From NCBI RefSeq assembly GCF_030384885.1, contig NZ_CP128613.1: 64,000 nucleotides of DNA, one strand, 5' to 3'. How positions within the stretch are numbered: the first letter of the stretch is position 1; each line of letters starts with the position of its first letter. Position numbers and translations under genes: made by a program. Below are positions 31,802-48,050 of this stretch, one piece after another. The notes under the pieces were generated by a model. That model had not been told where the DNA came from and did not search any database. It saw nothing but the letters and a program-made list of their open reading frames with translations. The DNA is from Escherichia coli (GTDB taxonomy: Bacteria; Pseudomonadota; Gammaproteobacteria; Enterobacterales; Enterobacteriaceae).

Positions 31802-31895
31802 AAATATGGATTGAAAACTTTACTTTATGTGTTATCGTTACGTCATCCTCGCTGAGGATCAACTATCGCAAACGAGCATAAACAGGATCGCCATC

Positions 31896-32966
31896 ATGCA
31901 AAAAGACGCGCTGAATAACGTACATATTACCGACGAACAAGTTTTAATGACTCCGGAACAACTGAAGGCCGCTTTTCCATTAAGCCTGCAACAGGAAGCC
32001 CAGATTGCTGACTCGCGTAAAACCATTTCAGATATTATCGCCGGGCGCGATCCTCGTCTGTTGGTAGTATGTGGTCCTTGTTCCATTCATGATCCGGAAA
32101 CTGCTCTGGAATATGCTCGTCGATTTAAAGCCCTTGCCGCAGAGGTCAGCGATAGCCTCTATCTGGTAATGCGCGTCTATTTTGAAAAACCCCGTACCAC
32201 TGTCGGCTGGAAAGGGTTAATTAACGATCCCCATATGGATGGCTCTTTTGATGTAGAAGCCGGGCTGCAGATCGCGCGTAAATTGCTGCTTGAGCTGGTG
32301 AATATGGGACTGCCACTGGCGACGGAAGCGTTAGATCCTAATAGCCCGCAATACCTGGGCGATCTGTTTAGCTGGTCAGCAATTGGTGCTCGTACAACGG
32401 AATCGCAAACACACCGTGAAATGGCCTCCGGGCTTTCCATGCCGGTTGGTTTTAAAAACGGCACCGATGGCAGTCTGGCAACGGCAATTAACGCTATGCG
32501 CGCCGCCGCCCAGCCGCACCGTTTTGTTGGCATTAACCAGGCAGGGCAGGTTGCGTTGCTACAAACTCAGGGGAATCCGGACGGGCATGTGATCCTGCGC
32601 GGTGGTAAAGCGCCAAACTATAGCCCTGCGGATGTTGCGCAATGTGAAAAAGAGATGGAACAGGCGGGACTGCGCCCGTCTCTGATGGTAGATTGCAGCC
32701 ACGGTAATTCCAATAAAGATTATCGCCGTCAGCCTGCGGTGGCAGAATCCGTGGTTGCTCAAATCAAAGATGGAAATCGCTCAATTATTGGTCTGATGAT
32801 CGAAAGTAATATCCACGAGGGCAATCAGTCTTCCGAGCAACCGCGCAGTGAAATGAAATACGGTGTATCCGTAACCGATGCCTGCATTAGCTGGGAAATG
32901 ACCGATGCCTTGCTGCGTGAAATTCATCAGGATCTGAACGGGCAGCTGACGGCTCGCGTGGCTTAA
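31896..32966 (+). CDS. aroF: DAHP synthase, Tyr-sensitive
   Basis: 356 aa from [24 protein letters not shown]. Confidence 0.95.
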   Translation: MQKDALNNVHITDEQVLMTPEQLKAAFPLSLQQEAQIADSRKTISDIIAGRDPRLLVVCGPCSIHDPETALEYARRFKALAAEVSDSLYLVMRVYFEKPRTTVGWKGLINDPHMDGSFDVEAGLQIARKLLLELVNMGLPLATEALDPNSPQYLGDLFSWSAIGARTTESQTHREMASGLSMPVGFKNGTDGSLATAINAMRAAAQPHRFVGINQAGQVALLQTQGNPDGHVILRGGKAPNYSPADVAQCEKEMEQAGLRPSLMVDCSHGNSNKDYRRQPAVAESVVAQIKDGNRSIIGLMIESNIHEGNQSSEQPRSEMKYGVSVTDACISWEMTDALLREIHQDLNGQLTARVA

Positions 32967-32976
32967 GAGGTTTATT

Positions 32977-34098
32977 ATGGTTGCTGAGTTGACCGCATTA
33001 CGCGATCAAATTGATGAAGTCGATAAAGCGCTGCTGAATTTATTAGCGAAGCGTCTGGAACTGGTTGCTGAAGTTGGCGAGGTGAAAAGCCGCTTTGGAC
33101 TGCCTATTTATGTTCCGGAGCGCGAGGCATCTATGTTGGCCTCGCGTCGTGCAGAGGCGGAAGCTCTGGGTGTACCGCCAGATCTGATTGAGGATGTTTT
33201 GCGTCGGGTGATGCGTGAATCTTACTCCAGTGAAAACGACAAAGGATTTAAAACACTTTGTCCGTCACTGCGTCCGGTGGTTATCGTCGGCGGTGGCGGT
33301 CAGATGGGACGCCTGTTCGAGAAGATGCTGACGCTCTCGGGTTATCAGGTGCGGATTCTGGAGCAACATGACTGGGATCGAGCGGCTGATATTGTTGCCG
33401 ATGCCGGAATGGTGATTGTTAGTGTGCCCATCCACGTTACTGAGCAAGTTATCGGCAAATTACCGCCTTTACCGAAAGATTGTATTCTGGTTGATCTGGC
33501 ATCAGTGAAAAATGGACCATTACAGGCCATGCTGGCGGCGCACGATGGCCCGGTGCTGGGGTTACACCCGATGTTCGGCCCGGACGGCGGTAGCCTGGCA
33601 AAGCAAGTTGTGGTCTGGTGTGATGGACGTAAGCCCGAAGCATACCAATGGTTTCTGGAGCAAATTCAGGTCTGGGGCGCTCGGTTGCATCGTATTAGCG
33701 CTGTCGAGCACGATCAGAATATGGCGTTTATTCAGGCACTGCGCCACTTTGCTACTTTTGCTTATGGGCTGCACCTGGCAGAAGAAAATGTTCAGCTTGA
33801 GCAACTTCTGGCGCTTTCTTCGCCGATTTACCGCCTTGAGCTGGCGATGGTTGGGCGACTGTTTGCCCAGGATCCGCAACTGTATGCCGACATTATTATG
33901 TCGTCAGAGCGTAATCTGGCGTTAATCAAACGTTACTATAAGCGTTTCGGCGAGGCGATTGAGTTGCTGGAGCAGGGCGATAAGCAGGCGTTTATTGATA
34001 GTTTCCGCAAGGTGGAGCACTGGTTCGGCGATTACGCACAGCGTTTTCAGCATGAAAGCCGTGTGTTATTGCGTCAGGCGAATGACAGTCGCCAGTAA
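32977..34098 (+). CDS. tyrA: Chorismate mutase / prephenate dehydrogenase (T-protein)
   Basis: 373 aa. Confidence 0.95.
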   Translation: MVAELTALRDQIDEVDKALLNLLAKRLELVAEVGEVKSRFGLPIYVPEREASMLASRRAEAEALGVPPDLIEDVLRRVMRESYSSENDKGFKTLCPSLRPVVIVGGGGQMGRLFEKMLTLSGYQVRILEQHDWDRAADIVADAGMVIVSVPIHVTEQVIGKLPPLPKDCILVDLASVKNGPLQAMLAAHDGPVLGLHPMFGPDGGSLAKQVVVWCDGRKPEAYQWFLEQIQVWGARLHRISAVEHDQNMAFIQALRHFATFAYGLHLAEENVQLEQLLALSSPIYRLELAMVGRLFAQDPQLYADIIMSSERNLALIKRYYKRFGEAIELLEQGDKQAFIDSFRKVEHWFGDYAQRFQHESRVLLRQANDSRQ

Positions 34099-34140
34099 TC
34101 ATCTTGTGCCGGGTGGAATATTTCACCCGGCTCGATTTCA

Positions 34141-35301
34141 TTATGCCGGATCGACAGGCACTACATTCTCACTTGGGTAACAACCTAATACCTTCATCGA
34201 ACGGGTGATTTCCCCTAACTCTTTCAATGCTTTTTGCATTTCCGCTGATTCAAGATTGGCCTGAATATCCAGATAAAACATCTCTTCCCACGGATTACCG
34301 TGAATCGGGCGTGATTCCAGACGGGTCATAATCAGATTGTGGTTGCGCAGTACCAACAACGCTTCAACCAGTGCACCAGCTTGTTGTCCGGTCGCCATTA
34401 ACAACGTCGTTTTCGCCGGAACCTGGTCAGACACGTTAATGGCTTTACGTGCCAGCACCACAAATCGGGTGAAGTTTTGGCGCTGATTCGCTTCAATACG
34501 CTCGAGCACCTGCAAACCGTACAATGTGCCGCCTGCTTCGCTTCCCAGCGCAGCAACATGCGGTGATTTTGCCTGTGCAACCTTTTCCATTGCCGCAGAC
34601 GTACTTTCGGTATATTCAATCTTCCAGTGCGGATAACGATTAAGGAATTTACTGCATTGCTGGAATGGCTGCGGATGGCTGTAGACCGTGTTGATGTTGG
34701 ATAAATCAGTAGTGCCGGAAACCAGCAGGCAGTGGTCGATGGTCAGCGTCATTTCGCCAACAATCGACAAACTGGTATGTTGCAGTAAATCGTAAACGTC
34801 GTTTATGGCCCCGGAGCTGGTGTTTTCGATCGGTACTACTGCATAGTCGGCCTGGCCGGTTTCCACTTGATTAAAAATATCCGCAAATTTCGCACAACCA
34901 CTTTCAATAAATTGTTCGAAGTGGCGAGCCGCGTACTGACGAGCGGCAAGATGTGAATAGGAGCCTTTGGGGCCGAGAAAAGCAATGCGAGCAGAGTGAG
35001 GATTAATTTTATTGAGATGTTGCTGGAGCAGTGCCTGCTGAGTTAATACGGAATCTTCAATGATGAGCTGGAACAGGCGAGTAATGTAATGGGCGTCCAG
35101 ATGGTGCGCTTTACCGAGCGTAATTAATCTTTCCAGCAAATCGCGTTCACGATCAATATCACGTACCGGGCGATGCGAGAGCAGTTTGGCTTTTCCCACC
35201 TCGACGGCCAGTTCGCGTCGCTCTGCCAGTAATGCTAATAATTTTTCATCCAGCGCGCTGATTTTCTCTCGCAGCGCCAGTAACGGGTTTTCCGATGTCA
35301 T
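34141..35301 (-). CDS. pheA: Chorismate mutase / prephenate dehydratase (P-protein)
   Basis: 386 aa, [22 protein letters not shown]. Confidence 0.95.
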   Translation of the reverse strand: MTSENPLLALREKISALDEKLLALLAERRELAVEVGKAKLLSHRPVRDIDRERDLLERLITLGKAHHLDAHYITRLFQLIIEDSVLTQQALLQQHLNKINPHSARIAFLGPKGSYSHLAARQYAARHFEQFIESGCAKFADIFNQVETGQADYAVVPIENTSSGAINDVYDLLQHTSLSIVGEMTLTIDHCLLVSGTTDLSNINTVYSHPQPFQQCSKFLNRYPHWKIEYTESTSAAMEKVAQAKSPHVAALGSEAGGTLYGLQVLERIEANQRQNFTRFVVLARKAINVSDQVPAKTTLLMATGQQAGALVEALLVLRNHNLIMTRLESRPIHGNPWEEMFYLDIQANLESAEMQKALKELGEITRSMKVLGCYPSENVVPVDPA

Positions 35302-35319
35302 AGTGTTGCCTTTTTGTTA

Positions 35320-35399
35320 TCAATAAAAAAGGCCCCCCGATTTGGGAGGCCTTATTGTTCGTCTTCGCATTCTGTTTCACACGACGAAACGCCTCCCAT
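35320..35399 (-). promoter_or_regulatory. pheA attenuator (leader terminator/antiterminator)
   Basis: On the minus strand: ggcctcccaaatcggggggcc hairpin followed by a T run, between pheL and pheA. Confidence 0.8.
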
Positions 35400-35447
35400 T
35401 CAGGGGAAGGTAAAAAAGAATGCGAAGAAAAACGGTGTGTGTTTCAT
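35400..35447 (-). CDS. pheL: pheA leader peptide
   Basis: Translates to MKHTPFFFAFFFTFP followed by a stop; Phe-rich leader. Confidence 0.85.
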   Translation of the reverse strand: MKHTPFFFAFFFTFP

Positions 35448-35550
35448 GTTTGTTTCCTTAAGTGACTTTAGTACAGTACCCGTACTGTTTTCACGCTGTC
35501 AACAAAAAACGCGCCCGAAGGCGCGTTGGCGATACACTCAATATAAAGGA

Positions 35551-35946
<396 letters not shown>

Positions 35947-36138
35947 TCAAAATGTGTGATGGAAATCTCATAATTTTGTCACTTTTTGTCAACGAATCTT
36001 TTTTGTGAGAAATCGCAGGAAGAGGTGTTTTTTTACTTGAGGAATATCTCAAAGCGAGCCATATTTGATGAGATCGATAGTGACTAAATCGCTTCAGTTT
36101 CACAACTAACAGAATAAAAAAACGGCAGCTCAAGGCTG

Positions 36139-36947
36139 TAATGCCAGTCAGTTAAGCAACTGACTGGCTCTTTTTCGGGGCTGTGGGGTATTTCCAGGGC
36201 CTCTCCTTTACCACTCTCGGGAAGGCCCTTTCCCTTCTTGTCGGTAATTTCACTGGTTGTCCCATACTTGCAAGATCGCGCATCAGCTCCGGTATACGTC
36301 CCGGTGAAGCGCATGGCGTCCGTCATCGACGTCAGCAGATGGCTGGTCAGTTCCATCTGGCAGACCATTTTGACCTGCGGGTAGAGCGCCGGGTTCTCGG
36401 CATGTGTCTGGCGGGGGAAGGCTGCATCGTTCTCTGGTGTATCCGGTGTGCGCCAGAACACACCATCGATGGCCAGCAGGGTCAGGCCGCACCAGTGCGG
36501 ATGCAGCGTGGCGTTATGCCAGAGCTGCGCTGTTTTCGTGAACACGCGTCGGACAGCCTCACTTCCCAGGCGCTGGCGGGCCTGAATAACGGCACTGGGG
36601 GCAACGAAGGGGCGATTGCCCGGCAGCATGATGTCCAGGCGATTCACAATCTGGTGAAGAGGTTCTTTACGCTCAAGCGCCATGCCAACAATACACCAGA
36701 CCATCATTTCGAGGGGAAGACGGCGCTTGCGTAGCGTTACAGTACCTGATTCGGCAAGGCAACGAGAGATGAGTTCGGGGTCGAGGTAATCCCCCAGAGA
36801 AGTCAGTGGGTTACGCAGAGAATCGTAACGGGATACCAAATCAAGGGCCTGTCCAATGAGCATAAAAAAATCCGGAAACGAGTGAGCGTTTCCGGATTCT
36901 TACACAGGCACTGGATCGGTCAACTGATCCTTAACTGATCGGCATTA
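36139..36947 (-). mobile_element. IS4 copy with internal deletion (non-autonomous), inserted in the bamD terminator
   Basis: Imperfect terminal inverted repeats taatgcc(a/g)(g/a)tcagttaag at both ends; flanked by identical 13-bp direct repeats cagctcaaggctg (36126-36138 and 36948-36960). The internal ORF (from 36863, minus strand) starts MLIGQALDLVSRYDSLRNPLTSLGDYLD..., which I recall as the IS4 transposase N-terminus, but the element is ~0.8 kb and the ORF loses frame after ~200 aa. Confidence 0.75.
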
Positions 36948-36983
36948 CAGCTCAAGGCTGCCGTTTTGTGTTTCAGGTTTCTG

Positions 36984-37721
36984 TTATGTATTGCTGCTGT
37001 TTGCGGCGATGATTTTCGCTACTTTTTCAGCTTGCGCATTCATCTGCATCTGACGGTATGCATTTTCCATCAGCGGCAGCGCATCACGCGTAGCCTGGGT
37101 ATCCGGGTAGTCGCGCAACATGCCTTCTACGCGGTTAACGACGGCAACCCATGCGCCACGTTCTGTATAGTACTCGGCAACGGAGTATTCATATTTCGCC
37201 AGACGATCTTTCAGGAATACCAGACGTTTGGTGGCATCGGTGGTGTACTGACTGTTCGGATAGCCGCGCACCAGTTTGGAAAAGTCACTAAACGCAGCTC
37301 GTGCATGTTGAGGATCGCGATCGCTACGATCGACGCCAAAGAACCCTTGCAGTGCACTGTCATCGAGCGCCATATTGGTCAGGCCACGCATGTACATGAC
37401 ATAATCGATATTCGGATGGGTCGGGTTAAGGCGAATAAAACGATCGATGGCAGCCTGTGCTAACGGCAAATCGGCGTTTTTATAGTAGGCGTAGATGAGA
37501 TCCAGCTGCACCTGCTGCGAATACGGACCAAACGGATAGCGATTATCTAACGCTTCCAGTTGCGTTATTGCCTGTCTCCAGTTACCGTCCTGCAGCTTTT
37601 GTTGTGCAGTCGCGTAAATTTCATTTGGCGGATTATCAGGTACTTCTTCCTTTGACCCCGAGCAACCCGCCAAAAACAGGCTTAGTGTGGCGGCTGCCAC
37701 CAGATATTTCATGCGCGTCAT
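36984..37721 (-). CDS. bamD: Outer membrane protein assembly factor BamD (YfiO)
   Basis: 245 aa, lipobox LAGCS, TPR-like. Confidence 0.95.
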
Positions 37722-37855
37722 GACGTTTTGACTTTCCTCAAAATGTAATACGGGAGATTCTCTGTTCCTGCTCCCGGTTAAGACCAGCTACAATAGCACA
37801 CTATATTAAACGGCAAAGCCGTAAAACCCCAACGATAAACGAAGAAGCAGTATAT

Positions 37856-38836
37856 ATGGCACAACGAGTACAGCTCACTGCAACGGTGTCCGAAAACCAA
37901 CTCGGTCAACGCTTAGATCAGGCTTTGGCCGAAATGTTCCCGGATTATTCACGTTCGCGAATAAAAGAATGGATCCTCGACCAGCGCGTGCTGGTTAACG
38001 GCAAAGTTTGCGATAAGCCGAAAGAAAAAGTATTGGGTGGCGAGCAGGTGGCCATCAACGCTGAGATTGAAGAAGAAGCGCGTTTTGAACCGCAGGATAT
38101 CCCGCTGGATATCGTCTATGAAGATGAAGATATCATCGTCATTAATAAACCACGCGACCTGGTGGTACATCCTGGCGCGGGTAACCCGGATGGCACGGTA
38201 CTGAATGCGTTGCTTCATTATTATCCGCCCATTGCCGATGTACCGCGTGCGGGCATCGTCCATCGTCTGGATAAAGACACCACCGGCCTGATGGTTGTGG
38301 CAAAAACCGTTCCGGCTCAGACGCGTTTAGTCGAATCTTTGCAACGGCGTGAAATTACTCGTGAGTATGAAGCGGTGGCAATTGGTCATATGACCGCTGG
38401 CGGTACAGTAGATGAACCAATCAGCCGCCACCCGACCAAACGTACTCACATGGCGGTGCATCCGATGGGTAAACCGGCGGTCACTCACTATCGCATCATG
38501 GAACACTTCCGTGTGCACACGCGTCTGCGGTTGCGTCTGGAAACCGGACGTACGCACCAGATCCGCGTGCATATGGCCCATATCACTCATCCGCTGGTGG
38601 GCGATCCGGTTTATGGCGGCCGTCCGCGTCCGCCAAAAGGTGCTTCGGAAGCGTTTATCTCCACGCTGCGTAAGTTTGACCGCCAGGCGCTTCATGCAAC
38701 CATGCTGCGTCTTTATCACCCGATCTCCGGCATCGAAATGGAATGGCATGCGCCTATTCCACAAGATATGGTGGAGCTGATTGAGGTGATGCGCGCCGAT
38801 TTCGAAGAGCATAAGGATGAAGTGGACTGGTTATGA
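37856..38836 (+). CDS. rluD: 23S rRNA pseudouridine synthase RluD
   Basis: 326 aa, S4 domain plus RluA-family catalytic motif HRLDKDTTG. Confidence 0.95.
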   Translation: MAQRVQLTATVSENQLGQRLDQALAEMFPDYSRSRIKEWILDQRVLVNGKVCDKPKEKVLGGEQVAINAEIEEEARFEPQDIPLDIVYEDEDIIVINKPRDLVVHPGAGNPDGTVLNALLHYYPPIADVPRAGIVHRLDKDTTGLMVVAKTVPAQTRLVESLQRREITREYEAVAIGHMTAGGTVDEPISRHPTKRTHMAVHPMGKPAVTHYRIMEHFRVHTRLRLRLETGRTHQIRVHMAHITHPLVGDPVYGGRPRPPKGASEAFISTLRKFDRQALHATMLRLYHPISGIEMEWHAPIPQDMVELIEVMRADFEEHKDEVDWL

Positions 38837-39564
38837 GTAAGCTGATTGTCCCGCAGTGGCCGCTGCCAAAAGGTGTTGCGGCCTGTAGCTCTACCCGTAT
38901 CGGCGGCGTGAGCTTGCCGCCGTATGACTCGCTCAACCTCGGTGCCCATTGTGGCGATAACCCGGATCACGTCGAGGAAAATCGTAAGCGACTTTTTGCT
39001 GCGGGCAATTTGCCTTCAAAACCGGTCTGGCTTGAGCAGGTACACGGCAAAGATGTGCTTAAGCTTACTGGCGAACCTTATGCCTCAAAACGAGCGGATG
39101 CCTCTTATAGCAATACGCCCGGCACGGTTTGCGCCGTGATGACGGCTGACTGCCTCCCTGTGCTGTTTTGCAATCGAGCGGGAACGGAAGTCGCCGCCGC
39201 TCATGCTGGCTGGCGTGGACTGTGCGCAGGCGTGCTGGAAGAGACGGTTTCCTGTTTTGCTGATAATCCCGAAAACATTCTCGCCTGGTTAGGGCCGGCA
39301 ATTGGTCCACGCGCGTTTGAAGTGGGAGCGGAGGTTCGCGAGGCGTTTATGGCAGTAGACGCCAAAGCGAGTGCAGCTTTCATTCAGCATGGAGATAAAT
39401 ATCTGGCGGATATTTATCAGCTTGCCCGGCAGCGTCTGGCGAACGTTGGTGTTGAGCAAATTTTCGGCGGCGACCGTTGTACATATACGGAAAATGAGAC
39501 ATTCTTCTCTTATCGTCGCGACAAGACCACCGGTCGTATGGCAAGTTTCATTTGGCTGATATAA
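38833..39564 (+). CDS. yfiH: Purine nucleoside phosphorylase/laccase-like YfiH (PgeF)
   Basis: 243 aa; overlaps the rluD stop. Confidence 0.9.
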   Translation: MSKLIVPQWPLPKGVAACSSTRIGGVSLPPYDSLNLGAHCGDNPDHVEENRKRLFAAGNLPSKPVWLEQVHGKDVLKLTGEPYASKRADASYSNTPGTVCAVMTADCLPVLFCNRAGTEVAAAHAGWRGLCAGVLEETVSCFADNPENILAWLGPAIGPRAFEVGAEVREAFMAVDAKASAAFIQHGDKYLADIYQLARQRLANVGVEQIFGGDRCTYTENETFFSYRRDKTTGRMASFIWLI

Positions 39565-39693
39565 CCTAAAGAATCAAGACGATCCGGTACGCGTGATTTT
39601 CTTTTCACATTAATCTGGTCAATAACCTTGAATAATTGAGGGATGACCTCATTTAATCTCCAGTAGCAACTTTGATCCGTTATGGGAGGAGTT

Positions 39694-42267
39694 ATGCGTC
39701 TGGATCGTCTTACTAATAAATTCCAGCTTGCTCTTGCCGATGCCCAATCACTTGCACTCGGGCACGACAACCAATTCATCGAACCACTTCATTTAATGAG
39801 CGCCCTGCTGAATCAGGAAGGGGGTTCGGTTAGTCCTTTATTAACATCCGCCGGCATCAATGCTGGTCAGTTGCGCACAGATATCAATCAGGCATTAAAT
39901 CGTTTACCGCAGGTTGAAGGCACTGGTGGCGATGTCCAGCCCTCACAGGATCTGGTGCGCGTTCTTAATCTTTGCGACAAGCTGGCGCAAAAACGTGGTG
40001 ATAATTTTATCTCGTCAGAACTGTTCGTTCTGGCGGCACTTGAGTCTCGCGGCACGCTGGCCGACATCCTGAAAGCAGCAGGGGCGACCACCGCCAACAT
40101 TACTCAAGCGATTGAACAAATGCGTGGAGGTGAAAGCGTGAACGATCAAGGAGCTGAAGACCAACGTCAGGCTTTGAAAAAATACACTATCGACCTCACC
40201 GAACGAGCCGAACAAGGCAAACTCGATCCGGTGATTGGCCGTGATGAAGAAATTCGCCGTACCATTCAGGTACTGCAACGTCGTACTAAAAATAACCCGG
40301 TGCTGATTGGTGAACCAGGCGTTGGTAAAACAGCCATCGTTGAAGGTCTGGCTCAGCGTATTATCAATGGCGAAGTGCCGGAAGGGTTGAAAGGCCGCCG
40401 CGTACTGGCGCTGGATATGGGCGCGCTGGTGGCTGGGGCGAAATATCGCGGTGAGTTTGAAGAGCGTTTAAAAGGCGTACTTAACGATCTTGCCAAACAG
40501 GAAGGCAACGTCATCCTGTTTATCGACGAATTACATACCATGGTCGGCGCGGGTAAAGCCGATGGCGCAATGGATGCCGGCAACATGCTGAAACCGGCGC
40601 TGGCGCGTGGTGAATTGCACTGCGTAGGTGCCACGACACTGGACGAATATCGCCAGTACATCGAAAAAGATGCTGCGCTGGAACGTCGTTTCCAGAAAGT
40701 GTTTGTTGCCGAGCCAACCGTGGAAGACACCATTGCTATTCTGCGTGGCCTGAAAGAACGTTATGAACTGCACCACCATGTGCAAATTACTGACCCGGCA
40801 ATTGTTGCAGCGGCGACGTTGTCTCATCGCTACATTGCTGACCGTCAGCTGCCGGATAAAGCCATCGACCTAATCGATGAAGCAGCATCCAGCATTCGTA
40901 TGCAGATTGACTCAAAACCAGAGGAACTCGACCGACTCGATCGTCGTATCATCCAGCTCAAACTGGAACAACAGGCGCTAATGAAAGAGTCTGATGAAGC
41001 CAGTAAAAAACGCCTGGATATGCTCAACGAAGAACTGAGCGACAAAGAACGTCAGTATTCCGAGTTAGAAGAAGAGTGGAAAGCTGAGAAAGCATCGCTC
41101 TCTGGTACGCAGACCATTAAAGCGGAACTGGAGCAGGCGAAAATCGCCATTGAACAGGCTCGCCGTGTTGGGGATCTGGCGCGGATGTCTGAACTGCAAT
41201 ACGGCAAAATTCCAGAACTGGAAAAGCAACTGGAAGCCGCTACGCAGCTCGAAGGCAAAACTATGCGTCTCTTGCGTAATAAAGTGACCGACGCCGAAAT
41301 TGCTGAAGTGCTGGCGCGTTGGACGGGGATTCCGGTTTCTCGCATGATGGAAAGCGAGCGCGAAAAACTGCTGCGTATGGAGCAAGAACTGCACCATCGC
41401 GTTATTGGTCAGAACGAAGCGGTTGATGCGGTATCTAACGCTATTCGTCGTAGCCGTGCGGGGCTTGCGGATCCAAATCGCCCGATTGGTTCATTTCTGT
41501 TCCTTGGGCCAACTGGTGTGGGTAAAACTGAACTTTGTAAGGCGCTGGCGAACTTTATGTTCGATAGCGACGAGGCGATGGTTCGTATCGATATGTCCGA
41601 ATTTATGGAGAAACACTCGGTGTCTCGTCTGGTTGGTGCGCCTCCGGGATATGTCGGTTATGAAGAAGGTGGCTACCTGACCGAAGCGGTGCGTCGTCGT
41701 CCGTATTCCGTCATCCTGCTGGATGAAGTGGAAAAAGCGCATCCGGATGTCTTCAACATTCTGTTGCAGGTACTGGATGATGGGCGTCTGACTGACGGGC
41801 AGGGGAGAACGGTCGACTTCCGTAATACGGTTGTCATTATGACCTCTAACCTCGGTTCCGATTTGATTCAGGAACGCTTCGGTGAACTGGATTATGCGCA
41901 CATGAAAGAGCTGGTACTCGGTGTGGTAAGCCATAACTTCCGTCCGGAATTCATTAACCGTATCGATGAAGTGGTGGTCTTCCATCCGCTGGGTGAACAG
42001 CACATTGCGTCGATTGCGCAGATTCAGTTGAAACGTCTGTACAAACGTCTGGAAGAACGTGGTTATGAAATCCACATTTCTGACGAGGCGCTGAAACTGC
42101 TGAGCGAGAACGGTTACGATCCGGTCTATGGTGCACGTCCTCTGAAACGTGCTATCCAGCAGCAGATCGAAAACCCGCTGGCACAGCAAATACTGTCTGG
42201 TGAATTGGTTCCGGGTAAAGTTATTCGCCTGGAAGTTAATGAAGACAGGATTGTCGCCGTCCAGTAA
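39694..42267 (+). CDS. clpB: Chaperone ClpB
   Basis: 857 aa from [11 protein letters not shown]; two AAA+ modules ([16 protein letters not shown]). Confidence 0.95.
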   Translation: MRLDRLTNKFQLALADAQSLALGHDNQFIEPLHLMSALLNQEGGSVSPLLTSAGINAGQLRTDINQALNRLPQVEGTGGDVQPSQDLVRVLNLCDKLAQKRGDNFISSELFVLAALESRGTLADILKAAGATTANITQAIEQMRGGESVNDQGAEDQRQALKKYTIDLTERAEQGKLDPVIGRDEEIRRTIQVLQRRTKNNPVLIGEPGVGKTAIVEGLAQRIINGEVPEGLKGRRVLALDMGALVAGAKYRGEFEERLKGVLNDLAKQEGNVILFIDELHTMVGAGKADGAMDAGNMLKPALARGELHCVGATTLDEYRQYIEKDAALERRFQKVFVAEPTVEDTIAILRGLKERYELHHHVQITDPAIVAAATLSHRYIADRQLPDKAIDLIDEAASSIRMQIDSKPEELDRLDRRIIQLKLEQQALMKESDEASKKRLDMLNEELSDKERQYSELEEEWKAEKASLSGTQTIKAELEQAKIAIEQARRVGDLARMSELQYGKIPELEKQLEAATQLEGKTMRLLRNKVTDAEIAEVLARWTGIPVSRMMESEREKLLRMEQELHHRVIGQNEAVDAVSNAIRRSRAGLADPNRPIGSFLFLGPTGVGKTELCKALANFMFDSDEAMVRIDMSEFMEKHSVSRLVGAPPGYVGYEEGGYLTEAVRRRPYSVILLDEVEKAHPDVFNILLQVLDDGRLTDGQGRTVDFRNTVVIMTSNLGSDLIQERFGELDYAHMKELVLGVVSHNFRPEFINRIDEVVVFHPLGEQHIASIAQIQLKRLYKRLEERGYEIHISDEALKLLSENGYDPVYGARPLKRAIQQQIENPLAQQILSGELVPGKVIRLEVNEDRIVAVQ

Positions 42268-42272
42268 TGATA

Positions 42273-42299
42273 AAACGAGCCCTTTGGGGCTCGTTTTTG
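42273..42299 (+). terminator. clpB terminator
   Basis: aaacgagccctttggggctcgttttt. Confidence 0.75.
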
Positions 42300-42381
42300 T
42301 CTATAAATTAGACGGAAAAGACTATATTCAAGATGTTTTGCCTGAAAAATGAGCGAACGATAAAGTTTTTATATTTTTCGC

Positions 42382-42409
42382 TTGTCAGGCCGGAATAACT
42401 CCCTATAAT
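42382..42409 (+). promoter_or_regulatory. rrn P1 promoter
   Basis: -35 ttgtca, 16-bp spacer, -10 tataat. Confidence 0.7.
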
Positions 42410-42500
42410 GCGCCACCACTGACACGGAACAACGGCAAACACGCCGCCGGGTCAGCGGGGTTCTCCTGAGAATCTCAACAGAGAAAAGCAAAAAAAACGC

Positions 42501-42528
42501 TTGACTCTGTAGCGGGAAAGCGTATTAT
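42501..42528 (+). promoter_or_regulatory. rrn P2 promoter
   Basis: -35 ttgact, 16-bp spacer, -10 tattat. Confidence 0.7.
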
Positions 42529-42565
42529 GCACACCCCGCGCCGCTGAGAAAAAGCGAAGCGGCAC

Positions 42566-42578
42566 TGCTCTTTAACAA
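42566..42578 (+). promoter_or_regulatory. rrn leader boxA antitermination element
   Basis: tgctctttaacaa. Confidence 0.7.
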
Positions 42579-42709
42579 TTTATCAGACAATCTGTGTGGG
42601 CACTCGAAGATACGGATTCTTAACGTCGCAAGACGAAAAATGAATACCAAGTCTCAAGAGTGAACACGTAATTCATTACGAAGTTTAATTCTTTGAGCAT
42701 CAAACTTTT

Positions 42710-44251
<1,542 letters not shown>

Positions 44252-44336
44252 CCTTAAAGAACTGTGCTTTGCAGTGCTCACACAGATTGTCTGATGAAAA
44301 GTGAAAAGCAAGGCGTCTTGCGAAGCAGACTGATAC

Positions 44337-44412
44337 GTCCCCTTCGTCTAGAGGCCCAGGACACCGCCCTTTCACGGCGGTAACAGGGGTTCGAATCCCC
44401 TAGGGGACGCCA
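44337..44412 (+). tRNA. gltW: tRNA-Glu (spacer tRNA)
   Basis: gtccccttcgtctagaggcccaggacaccgccctttcacggcggtaacaggggttcgaatcccctaggggacgcca. Confidence 0.9.
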
Positions 44413-44606
44413 CTTGCTGGTTTGTGAGTGAAAGTCGCCGACCTTGATATCGTTAAAGATGACTTACGAGTCATGTTTAAGATATTTGCTCTTTAAAAAT
44501 CTGGATCAAGCTGAAAATTGAAACACTGAACAACGAAAGTTGTTCGTGAGTCTCTCAAATTTTCGCAACACGATGATGAATCGCAAGAAACATCTTCGGG
44601 TTGTGA

Positions 44607-47511
<2,905 letters not shown>

Positions 47512-47606
47512 ACAACGCCGAAGGTGTTTTGGCGGAAGAGACATCGATAAGTAAGCTTGATAACAGATTAAATCAGAACGCAGAAGCGGTCTGATGAAAC
47601 AGAATT

Positions 47607-47726
47607 TGCCTGGCGGCCTTAGCGCGGTGGTCCCACCTGACCCCATGCCGAACTCAGAAGTGAAACGCCGTAGCGCCGATGGTAGTGTGGGGTCTCCCCA
47701 TGCGAGAGTAGGGAACTGCCAGGCAT
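47607..47726 (+). rRNA. rrf: 5S ribosomal RNA
   Basis: tgcctggcggc...gggaactgccaggcat, 120 nt. Confidence 0.95.
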
Positions 47727-47738
47727 CAAATTAAGCAG

Positions 47739-47766
47739 AAGGCCATCCGTCAGGATGGCCTTTTTG
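47739..47766 (+). terminator. rrn operon terminator
   Basis: aaggccatcc-gtca-ggatggcctt hairpin followed by ttttt. Confidence 0.8.
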
Positions 47767-48050
47767 CGCTGGTGCGGAAAAAATGCCGGATGCGACGCTG
47801 GCTGCATCTTATCCGTCCTACGCTCCCACATAAGCCAGATTTAACAGCGAATACGGCTTCCCCAACTTGCCCACTTCTATACGTCCTTCATACCTGAATT
47901 CTATACTGAAGATCCTCAATAACTATTCCCCTGCTAACTAAATTCATGGTTAAGGTTGCATAATTGCATGAAACAAATGTATAACATTTTCTTTGCTAAA
48001 AAATAACGATAACCGATAAAGCATCGGATTACGGCAGGAGACATAATGGC

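Noticed and set aside
36183-36734. 183-aa plus-strand ORF within the IS4 remnant
   Set aside because: Antisense to the recognisable IS4 transposase frame; no known IS4 gene on this strand.
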